Origin: Phallusia mammillata
Taxonomy: Eukaryota
Reading direction: 5' to 3'
Assembly (NCBI GenBank): GCA_965637545.1
Contig: OZ281498.1
Coordinates: forward strand, 12,648,001-12,712,000
DNA length: 64,000 nucleotides
The position numbers and the translations under genes were made by a program. Each line of letters opens with the position of its first letter. Within the stretch, counting starts at the first letter, position 1. The notes beneath the pieces are model-generated. The model was given only the letters and a program-made list of their open reading frames with translations, was not told the DNA's origin and made no database searches. Positions 44,672-59,600 of the stretch are shown piece by piece.

Positions 44672-47600
44672 ATGTATCTGTTTTACCTGCTTCTTCTTTG
44701 GTCATTGAACCTGCTGGCAAGTCAAGTTCATGCTGATACCCGTAAGTAGTTTTACTTTTTGTCTTGACCTTCTCCAGCAACCGCGGTAGAATTTTTTTTT
44801 TTACTTCCACAAATCGATTAGGCTTTGCGCGGTTTAGAACTCTTTCATAAGCGCGAGGTTTGTTTGCTCAATGTCGCTGTGTTATTGGTGATCGGCGCTG
44901 TATGCTCAAGGCGTGTAAAAGGGCGATTTGAATGGCCTCGAAGCTTGGGCTATACGCGTTCGTAAGTTTTTAAGGGCTATTGTCGCGCCAGTAATCACTT
45001 CAAAGCGGGCAATCTAGCAACGAAATCGCACTCCCTAAGCCCCAAACTAACTCACTTTTTAACAGTTTAAAACTTTCAATCTCTAACAAAGTATTTAAAA
45101 ATGTATATTTTCTCCTTAAACTTAACCTTCCGTGCAATCATTGGTACTTGCGATTGGGAAAGTTCGAGAAACGGCCCGATAGGATAGAAGAGCAAAACCG
45201 TGTAATCGTAACTCCTTAAACTGCTAATAATATGTAAATTGTTTTCGTACCATCTGTGGTTGACACAAGATCGACGCAGCGCACCAACCTATGAAATTGC
45301 GTGTCTCTGCCACGGGATCACACGCCTTTTGGCAAAATAAGAACTTCGTTTAGTTAAAACACCAATTAAACTAAGTGCCTTTCCCAAGGCCCTTATCAAA
45401 ATCACTGATTTGAAAAAGAAATACTAGAAATTGCGGGAATTATTGTTATTGACCGCGGGTTGGTCGTGATGCGATGTTGCTAAATACTGGCAGGTGAGTT
45501 TATGATCACACAGGACTATGCCTTTCTCCTTGAGTCTAGCTGCGTCCGATTCGAAATTGTCCGTTCGTGACGCATTTGCGTAAAAATCACTGTCGGTATT
45601 TGCTTTGGGCATTTGCCTTTACAAAAGTCCGGTGACGAACTGTGACGATATACATTAGCCGAAATGACAAGACGTAAACCGCTGTTCGCATCGAAAATAT
45701 AATTTCGTGAAAATTCTATTCAGTAATCTTCTCATAATATCACAGCATGACGTGTCAAACTAATAATGAGCATGGTTTTACCCACGCCGTGACAACCGTT
45801 TTGTCACAATGCTAGACTACATCGGGGACTTCATTAATTCTATAGCCGCCGCAGTTTTCCGTTAAATACATTATCTACAAAGGAGCAAGTGCTGCACTCT
45901 CGGAACTTGTTTTTATTGTTTGTTGTGAATGGGACAACCCGGATGCCAAATGCTTCATTACACAACACTACCACATTGATACTTGCTGCGACTTAAAGCG
46001 ATGAGGTGGTTGTGATGTGCGTAATGATCTCGTGCCGTCAACTCTTTTGTTTGTGGTTCATTTGGTTAATCCTCTTTTACACCTGCCAATGTACTGGATC
46101 AGCCTTACTTCGTTTCCATGAACAAATCCAAATCAAGTTTCACGTTGTGGCAATTCTACACAATTAATATACAAGGATTTTTTGAACGTTCTTTTTTAAC
46201 CTCATTTGTAATGTTGTGTGTTTCAGATGTTCTTTACAACACAAAGACGGCAACCAGTGATTTGCTTTGGACTTTGAATCCCGACCAAGACGGGGTAAGT
46301 AATATATGCTGTAACCAGCTCTAAAACTTTGGTGCCTCTCGTTTAAAGAACAATGATCAGTCTGTCAAAGTTTATGTTGTATGGAGATGAATTATTTGCC
46401 AAGCACAATTTGCTAGACAAACGCAAATTCGCTACTTGGGATTAGAAAGCCCAATGTTTGTTTGCACTCAGATCGAACTGATTAATTTTGTGCAGCGAGT
46501 GTTCGGAAATCTATTATGCCAACTAGCCGCACACAATTTTGAAGTGGTACATTTGCGTTATTACATCCCTTCGGGACAATTGAACAATTCGGCTTCGCAA
46601 CAAAGCAACGACCTCGGCTCGCGGTTTATCAATAACGTGAGATGACAGGGCGGCGGTAACCGGTGGCCATTCGTCGAGTGTCAGATTGCAGTCAAAACAC
46701 GAGATCACTCTTTACTCAAACGATTTTCTGCCCTGCAAAGATGAGGGGTGCGGCTACTTGAATCAAGATCGCTTGAGTTAATGTTTGGCCGTGCGACATC
46801 AGACGCTCTTGCCGTTTAAGCTTTCCCTTGGTAGCGATCTCATTATTTATGGCGACCTAGCCTCTACATTATTTCGTGATGTGTAGCGTTGTTTAAAGGA
46901 ACCGATATAATCCTTCCTGGTATGTCAAGTGTTTCAGTCGCATCAGGTGTCCCAGCATGGTTGGATCTTTCACAAAAGTGTGATAACTTTTCAGCAAAGG
47001 TCATTAGCACTTTTCCTCGCATGAAAAAGATTCCCAACCTAAAGACATGAAATGTTTCAGTATTACAAGACAGGCGACATGCGGGAGGCAAAGCGATCTG
47101 GATAGCATCATGGGAATTGCGTCAAGTTTAATGTCGATTTATTGATTTAAGTAGCGTCCCAGTGCGTCGAGTTGCGATTACTGATGATGTGTTTGTTTTT
47201 TAAATCACTTCGGTTACGTAATGCGGTGATCCCTTTATCAACAGAATCGTCTAAGTAACGCCAGAGTCGCTACAGTGTTACCTGTGCCCGTAGACAACCA
47301 CCATAAAAACTCACTTCATTAAAAATGTTTTCTAATTTTAAACCACGATACTTACTACCGAATAGGAACTTGGTAATCATACAAATTTTGGAACAACATG
47401 GAGAACAAAATCTCATAGCAATGACTGTTATAGTGACTCACAGCACCAACAGGCGATCAAAACAACCATTCTAGTACAAAACGTAAAGAAAACCCCCGAT
47501 GCCAATCGTTTATGTCAACGCCTCATTCATGTCGCTCCATACACGTTACCTTTGGCCACCGACCCGCTGATTAATGTTATCTTTAGCAAATCGTTGATTT

Positions 47601-50600
47601 CTATTGCGGTCAAGCTCCAATCAAAACCAGAGTCTAGCGGCGAACGTTGGTTCAGTACAAGTCTCACGCGATCCGGTTCTTCCCACGGGCAGAGTTTGTT
47701 TGTTGCTTACTGCTGGTGTTTGCCCGTCTGAGCGTGTGTACTTAACCCAGTCAAGCGGTTCGACTGCATTTCGTGAAGTTTGTTTCCTTATGGCTTCGTA
47801 TACGCGGTCCCCAAATATTTGTTAATTCCACCGGTATTGCTTATTCTGCACACAACACCAATGCGACATAGATTATGAAATTGCAAATCTATAACATATT
47901 AGTGCTTATACGAAATAGCTGCTTTTGCTAAAGCATCAAATTTTATAGTAGGGCTGCAACTATTTGCTCGTTTTACCAACCAAATCAGAGGAGTTTAGCA
48001 ATGTTGGTTTATTTCTACGACCTTTATTTTTTAAACTTCATTCAATAAGACACAGTTCAATTTTGGGATAAAAAATGTAAGAATACTTTCGTTTAAAATG
48101 AAAGAAAAACAAACTGTCTTTGTAACATAAGCGAGGTCACATAATCAGCTGGCTGAACAAATCAAGACAAAGAATACACAAAACACCAACAACAGAATGT
48201 TGCGCATACTTTGCGTTTGCGAGATCAACTTTTGAAATTCTATCTCGAAGTCGCATTTTTAACACTTGTACATGAATTCCATGAACTAGTCATGAAAGTA
48301 TTTGCTTGTTTGTTGTTAGCAACCGTTTACCAAAGGAAAGTTGAATTGTTTGTTTCACACCTCAGTGATCCATCTTACAACATAAAAAGCCATGTGATAT
48401 TCAAGCCGTCGATTTCGTAATGCATTCGGCGCCGCCAAGCATATAATCGGAAATTACCACCCAGGGTACAGATAATCACGCCCTGTGAAAAGACACCTGT
48501 TGTTCAATTCATTTAAAGTCGCATTTTTAGGACGCGAGAAAAATACGTCACCGTTGGCAGAGTCAAGTTTTGTGACATCAGCTTATTACGAGTGTGCTAA
48601 CACCGCGTTTATATCCGGTGTCCGGATTTGGGTGAAGTTTTCGCAAAGTGTACTTTCTCTACACGCAAAATTTCGCAATATCATAGTTCAGTTACGTAGC
48701 AAAACGACGGTTTCGCGCTGTTTTGTGTATGACGTTGGGCTCTGACGCGCCTTATCCAAATACAACTCGCCAACAACGCATTTCACGTTATCTGGAATCT
48801 TACGTGTGCGAATTGGCCATCTTCAAATATCGTCAATTGACGTTGCGAAAAAAGCGAGTAGGCGCGTCCATGGAGCTCAATTAAAAGTGACAGCTCTAAT
48901 TGATCGCGCAAACGAAGCTAATGTGCGAAATGTGCCTCGTTGTGGCGACTGCCGATAATCCCTAACGAACTTGAATTGACGCAGCGTACCACTGCGTGCC
49001 ATTTCGTGCACCAAGCTGCTGTTGCTTGCGCTGTGCCGTGGGACTGTGCGGTACTGGTAACAGTTGCGTAGACCTTTGGCCAAATTGGCTTAACGTTGCA
49101 AGATTTGCATCCGAGATACGCTATAAGCAGCTTAACGGTCCACATCACATATTACTGCACAGTGTCACAAAAATAAACATTAATACAAGACTGACTGCTT
49201 TTCAGTGGGAGGAACTCAGTGGTTTGGACGTCGACAAGAGCACGATACGTTATCATCAAGTTTGTAACACAGAAGAACACGGCAACAACTGGGCGAGATC
49301 GCCGTTTATCGATGCAAAGTAAGCAAAAATACTTTGAATAATCGCTAGAAACTTCATTGAAATTTGGCGCCGCTACCGGTGAATCATTGTTTGCCAAAGA
49401 GATAGTTAGACAGTTTTCCCTTACATATCGGATCTGGGCGTCAGTTATAAAGAGAAGGTTTTGTTGCGTAAGAGCATGATGTGGCCCCTTGACAATTTCT
49501 GTTGCCATGGTTAGTCACTATTTCAAAGGCTCCAGTACGACTTTTCTCACCACTTTCGCCTTTGCAATAATTTGAAACTGTCACTGCCTCACGCTGGTAT
49601 GTTTGAAATTAGTTTGAGCGTCAGGTCTTTAACATTCCATTTATGAAGTTTCATTAATATCGCACGATCTACAAGTTCTTCAAGTTCAAAATTCCCACGT
49701 AAATGTGACGATGATAAAACGTATAAACTTAGCGATTTTGTCGTAAACAGTTTTCCGCTTTGATGTTGTCATTAACGGAAGGCTACAAACTCGCACCACA
49801 GGGTAATTTTAAACAGCCCCTTTGTCTGTAAATACTTGAGGCTTTTCATGCGCGGGATACCTATTTACTTTTGTTCACGAAAACACACTCATTCAACGAC
49901 GTAATGACGTCGTAAGGACTATTGATTCGCGTTTTAACAACCAATCCTGTTACTGACAGAACACAGAGAAATTGTTGCTGGAATACAACTTGATTTTATG
50001 TTTATTTGTCGACAATTTAAATCTTACTGTTTGATTTTAGGTCCGCAAAACGTATCTACATCGACATAGAGTTTTCGGTGATGAAATGCCCAAAATGCCG
50101 TGAAACATTCACCCTCTTTTACTATCCATCCTCGTCTAATGTTGCATCAAGCACTTTCCCACCATGGAGGGAAAATCCATACATAAAAATTGACACCGTC
50201 GCTGCAGGAGAAAGATTTGAATCAGCCGATGCTGGCCCGAATGGAATAAATAGGAAAACTTTGGTTATCGGTCCTTTGAAAAGGTATTTCTGTGGATTTA
50301 ATTTTCCTGTTTTTTTGGTCTAATTAATTATAATTTATTTTCTACCAGACGCGGACTTTATATAGCAGCACAGGACCAAGGCGCCTGCATGTCAATTATG
50401 AGTGTGAAGCTGTACTACAACTTCTGTCCCGAAACCACGCACAATCTTGCCTACTTTCCCAAAACTGTTGCTGGTGGCGAGGTTGCCTCATTAGTCTCTG
50501 TTGATGGAAAATGTGTTTCAAACGCAGTCTACAAGAACAACGAAGGTTTAACATTTTCCTATACTGTTATACTGATGTATTATATGCAAACTTTGTTGCT

Positions 50601-53600
50601 AACGAACTTACGTTTACGCTTCAGTGCCGAAATACCGATGCAACAGCAACGGAGATTGGACTGTGCCAACTGGTGCATGCCAGTGCAGGGCCGGTTACGA
50701 ACCATCCAGCGACTCCACAGCTTGCCAAGGTAATTTAATAGAATGTATGGCATCCTTCCATAGTCCTGTCGGTCTTATAGTATTCTACCCTACAAGGATT
50801 TATGACCAGCTAAATTTTGGCACTGTTGCCGATGTAGAAAGCCTTGCGTTTCAGAATTGTTTTTTGACCCCTAGACAGGCCCAAATGGGGTCATGAAAGT
50901 TTGCTTTCCGTTCGTCTGTTGAATCGCCTTTACCTCTGCGAAAGCGAGTTTTGAAATCTTTCCAACTCGGTTTAGCCGAAACAATATTTTGAGTCGTAGG
51001 GCGCTCGCTCTTAAATTCACTGTAAAATTACAAGCTAACCTGTGCTTATCGACATGCAGATTACATGAGTAAATGTTGACTTTTGTGCCATACTGGATTG
51101 TGGGTTGTTATTTCAAATTCATTGGACTGCAATATTCAGTTGCAGTGCACCAAAACCAGTAAAACATTTGCAGAAAACTTGCTCGATAAGAATGTGTAAT
51201 TTCTCTTGGCCGCGCAAGTCGTTTTTAATAATCTCCAATGCGCACCATTTCCTCAAATTATACCGACCTACAAATATTGACTCGCGCCGCACATTGCTCT
51301 GTTAATTTTCCGACGACAGGTGTGGAGTGTAACTATGTGAGAGCGCGCCTTACTCTTGTCCAAATTTGTATAATCTAGTTCCACACTTTCCTTCCTGTCG
51401 CCAACCGAACTACAATATCCTTAATATGTCGCGCCCGTTTTCGGAACTAGACTACAGAAAGTATGTTTACTGTAGAGATGAAAATAGGTGACGCTTGTCT
51501 GTAATTCGCTTTTTACCTGGAAACTTTCAATTTGTGCCACAAGTCGGCAGAAATAATGTAGCAGTTTAAGCAGTCTTGTTGCATTCGGTCTTGACCCAGT
51601 CAATCATGACTGACAGGTCGAAATTGGCGTGTTTTGGGCGTTTATTGACTTGAGCTATACCGCGGCGCTAAGGTGAAAGCCCGTAATGCGTCATCAAGCG
51701 GATCAATAAATTGAAACGACGTTTAAAAATGACGAAAAACTTGTGAAACTTTAGGAAATTTTCCAACGCATTTGGTGTCATATATTTTTACGACTCTGAT
51801 CAGCGTCGTTAAATATACTTTACGTAATCACTGTGACCGATGAACAGGTAACAGTAGTCCTGCAGTACGTATAGGCACAGCACTACACAATGGCTGACCT
51901 TTTATATCAAGGGAGTCAGGGGCCACCTGTGAGATTTGACAAGGTCGCTGATTGGCTGCGAGTAATACTCCGGATCTTGCTGACTGCCAACGACAAACAA
52001 GCAGTCGCGTTCACGTAAACCATTGTGACAGTGATGAAACGCTTCGATTTGAGTCTTGAACATTCTGTAATTTTAACAGTTTCGTAATTACAACCCGCAA
52101 GTTAATGGCAGTCGAGCGTGGTCATGTCTGCACGAAATTGGAAAGTTGTATGTTTTACAAATCCACGTTTAACAATGGCATTAAAAGAAGCTGATTAGAT
52201 TCGCAAGAACATTGCGGAACGCCCGAACTCGTAAGTGGTTTTGGCGATGCCATTTTATTGGAATGTTAATTGCCAAGCGCTTGTGCAATCTGTAGAACTT
52301 TACTATATTCACGAGAATACAACGTTATGTTGACTTAATTTTGACCTGGATTACGGAATGTGAGCTATGTTGAAAATAACAGGTTTCTACAAATGAACAA
52401 CCGTAATTCGTGCGAACTATGAAATGACGTCAAGGGTTTGTTAAAACAGTGGAATTTAAATCGTCAGTGGGTTGTGAAATCAGCGTTGACAAGTCTTGAT
52501 TTTGGCAAAGATTCGCGGGCGAAAAACGTGAGGTTGCATTCGAATGAACTTGACAGCCAGACAATGGAATTTGTTATCACGGGACGAGGTTTGCGCCAAA
52601 GCCACTTACGGTGCGGTGTGCAATGAAAGTCCTGTAATGGAGGGCATTATCTCACGCCTTATCGCACTGTTGTGTCAGGGTTGGCAGATCTTGCATTAAA
52701 CAACAATGGGAGATTAGTGGGTTTTGCTTTTCGCGACCCTAGCGCTGCAAAGTTGAGTAAATCGTCTGCATTTTGGCTTCACTCTCGGTGATCGCTGCTT
52801 GTGCAGGTGTATAATATCGAACTGTTCCGAAACAAAGGTGCAAATTTGGTGACCAATCATAGCAAATTGGCATGTACTCAATGCTGTTTGCGGGAGGTCC
52901 ACTATTCAATCTTGTGCCATGTAAAAATAGAGGCTCCCCAATTAGGAGTGGGTCAGCACTGGGGCTTTTCCACAATGAATGGTCCAATTTCTTTAATCCG
53001 TGTGCCTTATTGCGTGCTCTCTCAAATGGCATTCGGTTCATGGATCAAACAAACCATCGCACCTGTTCCTCACATGTCAATTACGCAAACCGCTGTATTC
53101 AACCCAAACGTTTTGTAGCACGCGAGCGGGATTTATCGAACGCTTTGAGGCAGTGTAAATGGCTTAAAGGTGTGGAACATATATCGAAGTTGCGGTTTTT
53201 CGCATACGTATGTCTACGATGAGACTGCGTATTTGCCAAAAATGTGGTGTGTGAAAAACACCAGTGTGTCTTTTAGAATCGATTTCTCGCCACAGTATAA
53301 TCCAATGTTCCACAGTCATTTCGGTCAACATTGTGGCCCAATACGTAATTCTCCTGTTTCGCTGTGTGCAATCTCCCTACACCGACTGACTGGTCATTTT
53401 TTGCTGATAATCAATTTGCGCTATAAGATAGGATTGATTGGTGTCCTCCCTCAGGGCCGTGAATACTCAAAATAACGCCGGACGACATTCGCTCCCACGA
53501 AAGTTACGGCGACTTTATGAATGGATTAGCAAATTCCAACGTGTAATTATCAGTAAAGTGGCTAATTGACCGAAGCGTGACCCGCTCCGTCGTTATTCAC

Positions 53601-56600
53601 ACGACAGATTAATATATGAATTTTGTCCACATCCTATATTAATATCACCTGAATTAATTTAACTACAATGAAAAAACTTTTATCGCTCTCCAAACCACAC
53701 TTCTGTCAGTTTTAAATATCCATAGCACATGGTAAAAAATTCGTCAAAAAGTTGCCAAAACCATAATTTTTATTCGGTGTGTATCATGCTATCAGACAAG
53801 AATTTGCGAACAAAATGGAAGTCGACCCTTTGATCAAACAATATGGCGTTTTATATCCTCGCCTCAATCCACAATGATGAGTATCCGAATTGTCGATTGT
53901 GGTAGCTGTGCCTGTGACCTAAAACTTAACGGAACCTTATCGGTTTCCCTTCGCCTCTGCGTTTGTTAGCAGCGTGGGCGGTTTTTACAGCCACAACAGC
54001 AGGTAGGAAGCACATGTAGCAGCTGCTTGAATGGCATGCGAGCGTCCCAGCCCCAAACGGTTCCGCGTCATTTCTCGAGTTGTTGTTGGTTTGGAAATTC
54101 GTATTTTGTGTAACATTTTCACGGCTTCACCAAACCGACACGCTTTGTTGCATCCCACGAGCCGCGACCCAATTACTGAATTTTGTGGCGTGTGAATTTG
54201 TCAACTGTTGTTTCCTAAGCTAGCTATTTCGCCCAAGTTATTTCAAGGATTAAGAAAACGTTACGAAATCAAAGGTTTCGCGAATCACTACTGCCCATGC
54301 CTTGTATGGTGAAATGACGCAACCATGTCGCAATTACTGAGGAGCACTTACAGGCGACAAATACAGTTTCAACACATTCTTTACGTGCCGTAAAATCGTC
54401 TGCGGCCTCACCACAAGGTTAAACTATGAAATCAGCGAGTTATATCGAGTGTTCTTTCGTTCTCTCAAGTAGAACTTGAAAAATCTTCACGGCATCTGGT
54501 TTTCCCAACGTCTTCCGTACCTTCAAAGCAACTTTAAAACTGTGACTAGCGTTTTTTAATTCTATCACGGGTCATTTTCCCTTCGGAAACACAAATAGAA
54601 CAACTTGTTTTATCAGTGAAGTGGCCAAGTCGCACACTTTCATGCTAGCGCAGAACTTACAGGAAAAGTCTTGCGCAATTTGTGTGTATTCAGCTTACAC
54701 AGTCAGTCAACGCGGAATGTACGCTAAACGAGACTTGGATGGGTGGCAACATACATTTAAACGTGAATTTAGCACAAAAAGTATTTTAAACGTTGAAAAA
54801 AAAAATTGTTCGCTCTTTGTGTTCGATGGGATAAATAAAATGTACTTTACTTTGGTGGATAAAATACATAGCATAATTTGGGTATTTCTGATTTTTATAA
54901 CGTTGACAACAAGTAAACTGACAAATCTCATGCCGTTACAGCTTGTCCTGTCGGATATTACAAGTCCGCAGCCGGCAACCATCCTTGTTCGCCATGTCCA
55001 AATTCCAGCCTCTCGAACGCACCCAGATCAACTTTTTGTGTCTGTAAACATGGATATTTCAGAGCTCCTTCCGACAGCTTGGACCAACCCTGTTTTCGTA
55101 AGTGGTGTTTTTTATTGGTTATTTTGTGGTACAAAGGCAGGGCAAAAATGATTGCACACGCATCTTCAATTAGAGACAGTTTGTGAAATTGATGATATCG
55201 ACAGATATTAGTCAATAAAATCGAAATCTGTTGTTCTACATTGATTTTTAAATGGAATAAACCTGTTAAAGGAATGAAAACTTCAATCTTGACATTCTAT
55301 GTTGCAAAACTAAACTTAATCCTCTTTTAAACAATTTAAACTATTTTGCCTGCTTTTTTTTCTTGAAAAAATGTGAAACATGCGCACTCTCCGACTTGTT
55401 TTTGTACAAGCAAAAAACGTAACGTGATGGTAGCCACAAAATCCCTGTGTGGTTTTCCGGTGGTAATCAGACTCTTCGAAACACTAGATTTGCCATTTAC
55501 CCAGTTTTCACACAAAACATGCCACTACGAAACAACGAAAACGAACTTTGACCTTTAAACCATCACTTCCAGTGCGTTTCCCGAGTCCGTCTTCCCTGGC
55601 GGAAAGGTCTTGTCTAATTACATTCTAGTAAAGGCGGACACTTGTGGTTAACTAACATATAATAACCAAGTGCGAAAATAAAATCGTAACTACCTCAAAT
55701 GGCAAATTGCGATGCGATTAACAGGTTAGGGTTTAATGTAAGACGTTTAGCCTCCTGTAGACCGGGGGTCGGATCGATTTCCCCAGTTTAGCTATTTTTG
55801 CCTTTGCCAGCGTTCTCGGCATTCCACGCTTTTGTTATGTCACTCGATAAACCCCTGGCAGCATCGTACAGAGCAGGTACGGTCCCTAGGTGAACTGGTG
55901 TAAGGTGACGAAAGCTGAAAAAAACGCAACTTAATCTGTTTGGTCGGGACTTGATGAATAGCTCGCTCGGGCCGGTCTTTTGTTGGCAAAAGCGAAAGTC
56001 TGTCGAGTGCCATAGAGTTCGTGACTAAACAGCATATTTTGAATATGTCCAACCATAGTTAAGGGTGGACTCAAAATGACACAACATCATTTCACTTCCG
56101 TTGTTAAACAATTGAACATATATTCCACCGTTGTTTTTGCTAAATCATGCTCCCATTTCGCTTTTGGAATAGCAACGTTCGTTTTTACTCTCTAACACAG
56201 CTACAGCGTTAAAGAGCATAAGTGCCAACCCTTGTAATAGAAAAACAGACAACCGCAATTATGTGTAACAGTCAATGACGATGTAAATGAGTTATCCGGT
56301 GTTCACAAAAGGTGCGTGCTTTAAAACCTTTCACATGGCAGGCGTGGCGAAATTTCGGCTCATTCTGCGCCCACTAATCCATAAACAAGCGGCGGGTTTC
56401 TATGTTAGGCCAAACTTAATTACCACCCGTGTGGCGTTTTGCCCTTTGTGACTTTTGTACATCATAATTGTATTGTCAAGTGCAAACAGTTTCGCAAATA
56501 ATGTTTATTGATTGCTCAGCCAAACCGCTCATTGTATGCGTACAATTATAACCCACCCTGTTAAGTTTCCTAAACTGCTACGTGGTAAAATACTCTATCG

Positions 56601-59600
56601 GCTTTTGGTTTGATTGCAAAGGAGTGGAATATGTTTGGACTTCGATAACGCCAATTTGCTTTATACTTTCCCCCTATAATATTTGCCATAGTTGTATCGC
56701 TTATCAGCAGAATCAGTCTCGTCTGCAAAGTCAGCCTATCGACGACGGCTATCCAAACAAAGTGCGGCATTCCAGTTTGTCACAACAATGCTTATAATAC
56801 TCGCGAGCGCTTACCAAAACAAACACAATATGCTTCGGAGAGGCCTCGTTGTTGTGAAATATGCCAGGGACGTTAGTAAGCAAACAACTGTATGAAACGT
56901 TAGCCTAAGGTAAAATGGTATATGGAATGTATGTTTTGTGGTCTGATCGGATATAAAAAGTATTCTTGTTGCACTGTTGATTCAAATAACTTGATACGCT
57001 GATTAATTGCGCGTGCTAGGGAATTCAAACGCACTGATTTTGCCAATAGCTGTGCATCATTGCTTGCCAATTTACTGCTCGATTATGGTTTTGCTTTGGA
57101 CGAAATACACAAGAAAACACCGCGCTCTCACGCACACGCCCTCTTAGCCACAAACTCGCTGAAAATTTATTTTGTCCCCAGGGTTAGGTATCAAAGTCTG
57201 CCAGACAAGGATGCAGTTTATGGTTTGCAAAGCGAGGAACCTGTCAATCAGGCTTAGACGGGTTACGTCATCATCCCCTCGTATAGAGCTTCGTTTATCT
57301 CAAACTCGCATCACATTATTTGCGAACCCGATCCCCAGAGCTAATGCCAAGACTATCCTGATAAACCGAATAATTTTAGATGCTGGATATATTGCGACAA
57401 CGAGAATTGAGAAAATCAAACACATACAAAAGTGAAAGCCACTTTGGAATGTGCGCGTTGAGAAATATGAGACTTCAACACGCGCACATACATCCGTTCC
57501 CATCTGTTACTAACAAAGCACGCTATTGTGTATTCGGTTTGGTCGCTTGGTAAATGACCAACCGGGGCGTTAAGGCGATATTGTTCAGTGATTTGACCGG
57601 CGATGTTCCACTCAGCGACTTCTGAACTTTCAATGACCCATCGTCTTGTCCGCATTGTCAGGCGCTGGGATTGACTTTTATGAGCGCACAACGCCTAATA
57701 CAATAATTTATAGGGGTTAATATTCCACAAAGCGCCTGTTTGATCTTATGTCTGTGACTACCTGGGGAATTCTTAACGTTTCAACCGCCACTTCACTTGA
57801 AAATTGACCTGGTATGTGACCAGCAACGATTTCATTCCTTAATGGTGTTAACCCGAAGATCAAGTTGACCAGCAACCGAAGTCTGTGTAAAGCGTGCACA
57901 TGATCTGTACACACCAGGGCGCAAACTGTTTCGTCAACGTGCGCTGTTGCCCGGGAACGTTGTAAACTCGATTGCGAAATCAGGTACTTAAAAGAACATC
58001 TGACGCCTTGTCCGTGTTGTCTAAAATCGACAGCGGGCAACCGCACCTAGGGGGCGTTGAAAAATACCGATGTCGGTTGTCAGAATTTCGATAGCGAACG
58101 CAAACGATGAAAGTTCCGCAAAAGCTTTTTTGGGATGTTTGTTTGGCGCGTTGCCAAAGACTGATTAGTCACGTGACCCTAACCGTTTCATGGGTCATTA
58201 AGTTCGAGAAATGCGGTGGCGCTGTGCGCGGGCGACGGAACGGAATAACTCGTATGGATAAACAAACTACCCAAACTTGTTCTGCTGCGTTAAGGGATCC
58301 GTCCTGGATGTAGTTCTTAAGTCTGTAAAACCGGTGGATTCAAACGATTTCTTGTGTTGTTTTAACACAGCCTATAGCTCTACAGTTTACACCAACTTGT
58401 TACTCTCTCCTGCTAAATAAACATGTTTAACAAATCTTAGCCGATAACCCGAGGTTAACGCGAGTTATCACAGGAAAGCCTATTGCTCGGGTATGTAAAT
58501 CCCCAAAATATGTTCGGACAGGTGTTACCTTTCTGCATGTACCACTGCAGCTAAATCGTAAGTTGACATAGAATTGGTTTGACAGCTCACACAGGTGCGT
58601 CATCCTCGAATATTTCCTCGCGACATTGGCAGCAGGTTACAAGTTGACGAGCGGAAACCTCACTTCTATTTACCCGGCTCTGATGCTGCCTCCAGCGCCG
58701 CACTAATTACATCGTGGCAAGGCGCCTTGTCACGTCTGCGTTATAATTCAGCGGAAAATCGCATTGTCTCGTAAAAGCCGCGTTCTGTGATAAAACCTCG
58801 CCCCCTTGCAGGTCGTGTTTAAAACAGGCTGGCTTTTGTAAACACTGGTATATGGTAAATACGTTTTGAAAAGCATCATCACATCATGTAAACTGTCGTC
58901 TCATCGCATCAGGGTAAAGTTCAATATGTAAAGCGTGGGTGTACGTCTCTTTTGTACTCGATCCGTTTTATTGCCCAAGTTGTATGGGCTTGTAGTACGG
59001 AGATAGCGTTTAAAGTTAATATTTTATTTATTCTTCCCTACATGTGTTTTGGAAAAACAGAAGCGGTTTTTATTCCCTCCATTTTACTGGGTATGTAAGA
59101 CGTACATTGCCTAAACCTTCGTAAAAGTTTTACGTCCGTCCAAACGTCAAATGTTCTTTGTTTGTACATCTCCAACGAATTTGACATGACGCAATGCTCC
59201 ATGCGACTGAATTTACTGTAACGAGAATTTACAATCGGCCAACCTTTCCAGTTTTCCTCTTGCATCTCATGTTCCATATCTGAGCTTTGATTGTTCTAGG
59301 TGGCTTAAGGAATGCGAATATTTGCCTAAGCGCTTTCGGGATTGCGCGATTCCGTGTTTTACGACTCAGAATGACACGACCCAGGCAGAATAACTCAAAC
59401 ACAAATATTTCGACGTGATGTCTCTCGCGTCGTAACGCACATACGAGGATAAAAATGGACAAATGTTTGCTCTGTAAAGGCTGGGAGTTTTTCACATATA
59501 TTGTTGGAAACAAACAATGCACTAAAACTAAACGTAAATGTATAGGTGGAGTATGATGTTCGGTATGTTAAAAAGGCATTGAAGCTTACATGCGTTATGA

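Noticed and set aside
54621-55151. 176-aa ORF
   Set aside because: Non-ATG start, no recognisable domain; overlaps the real Eph exon 54942-55097 in a different frame.
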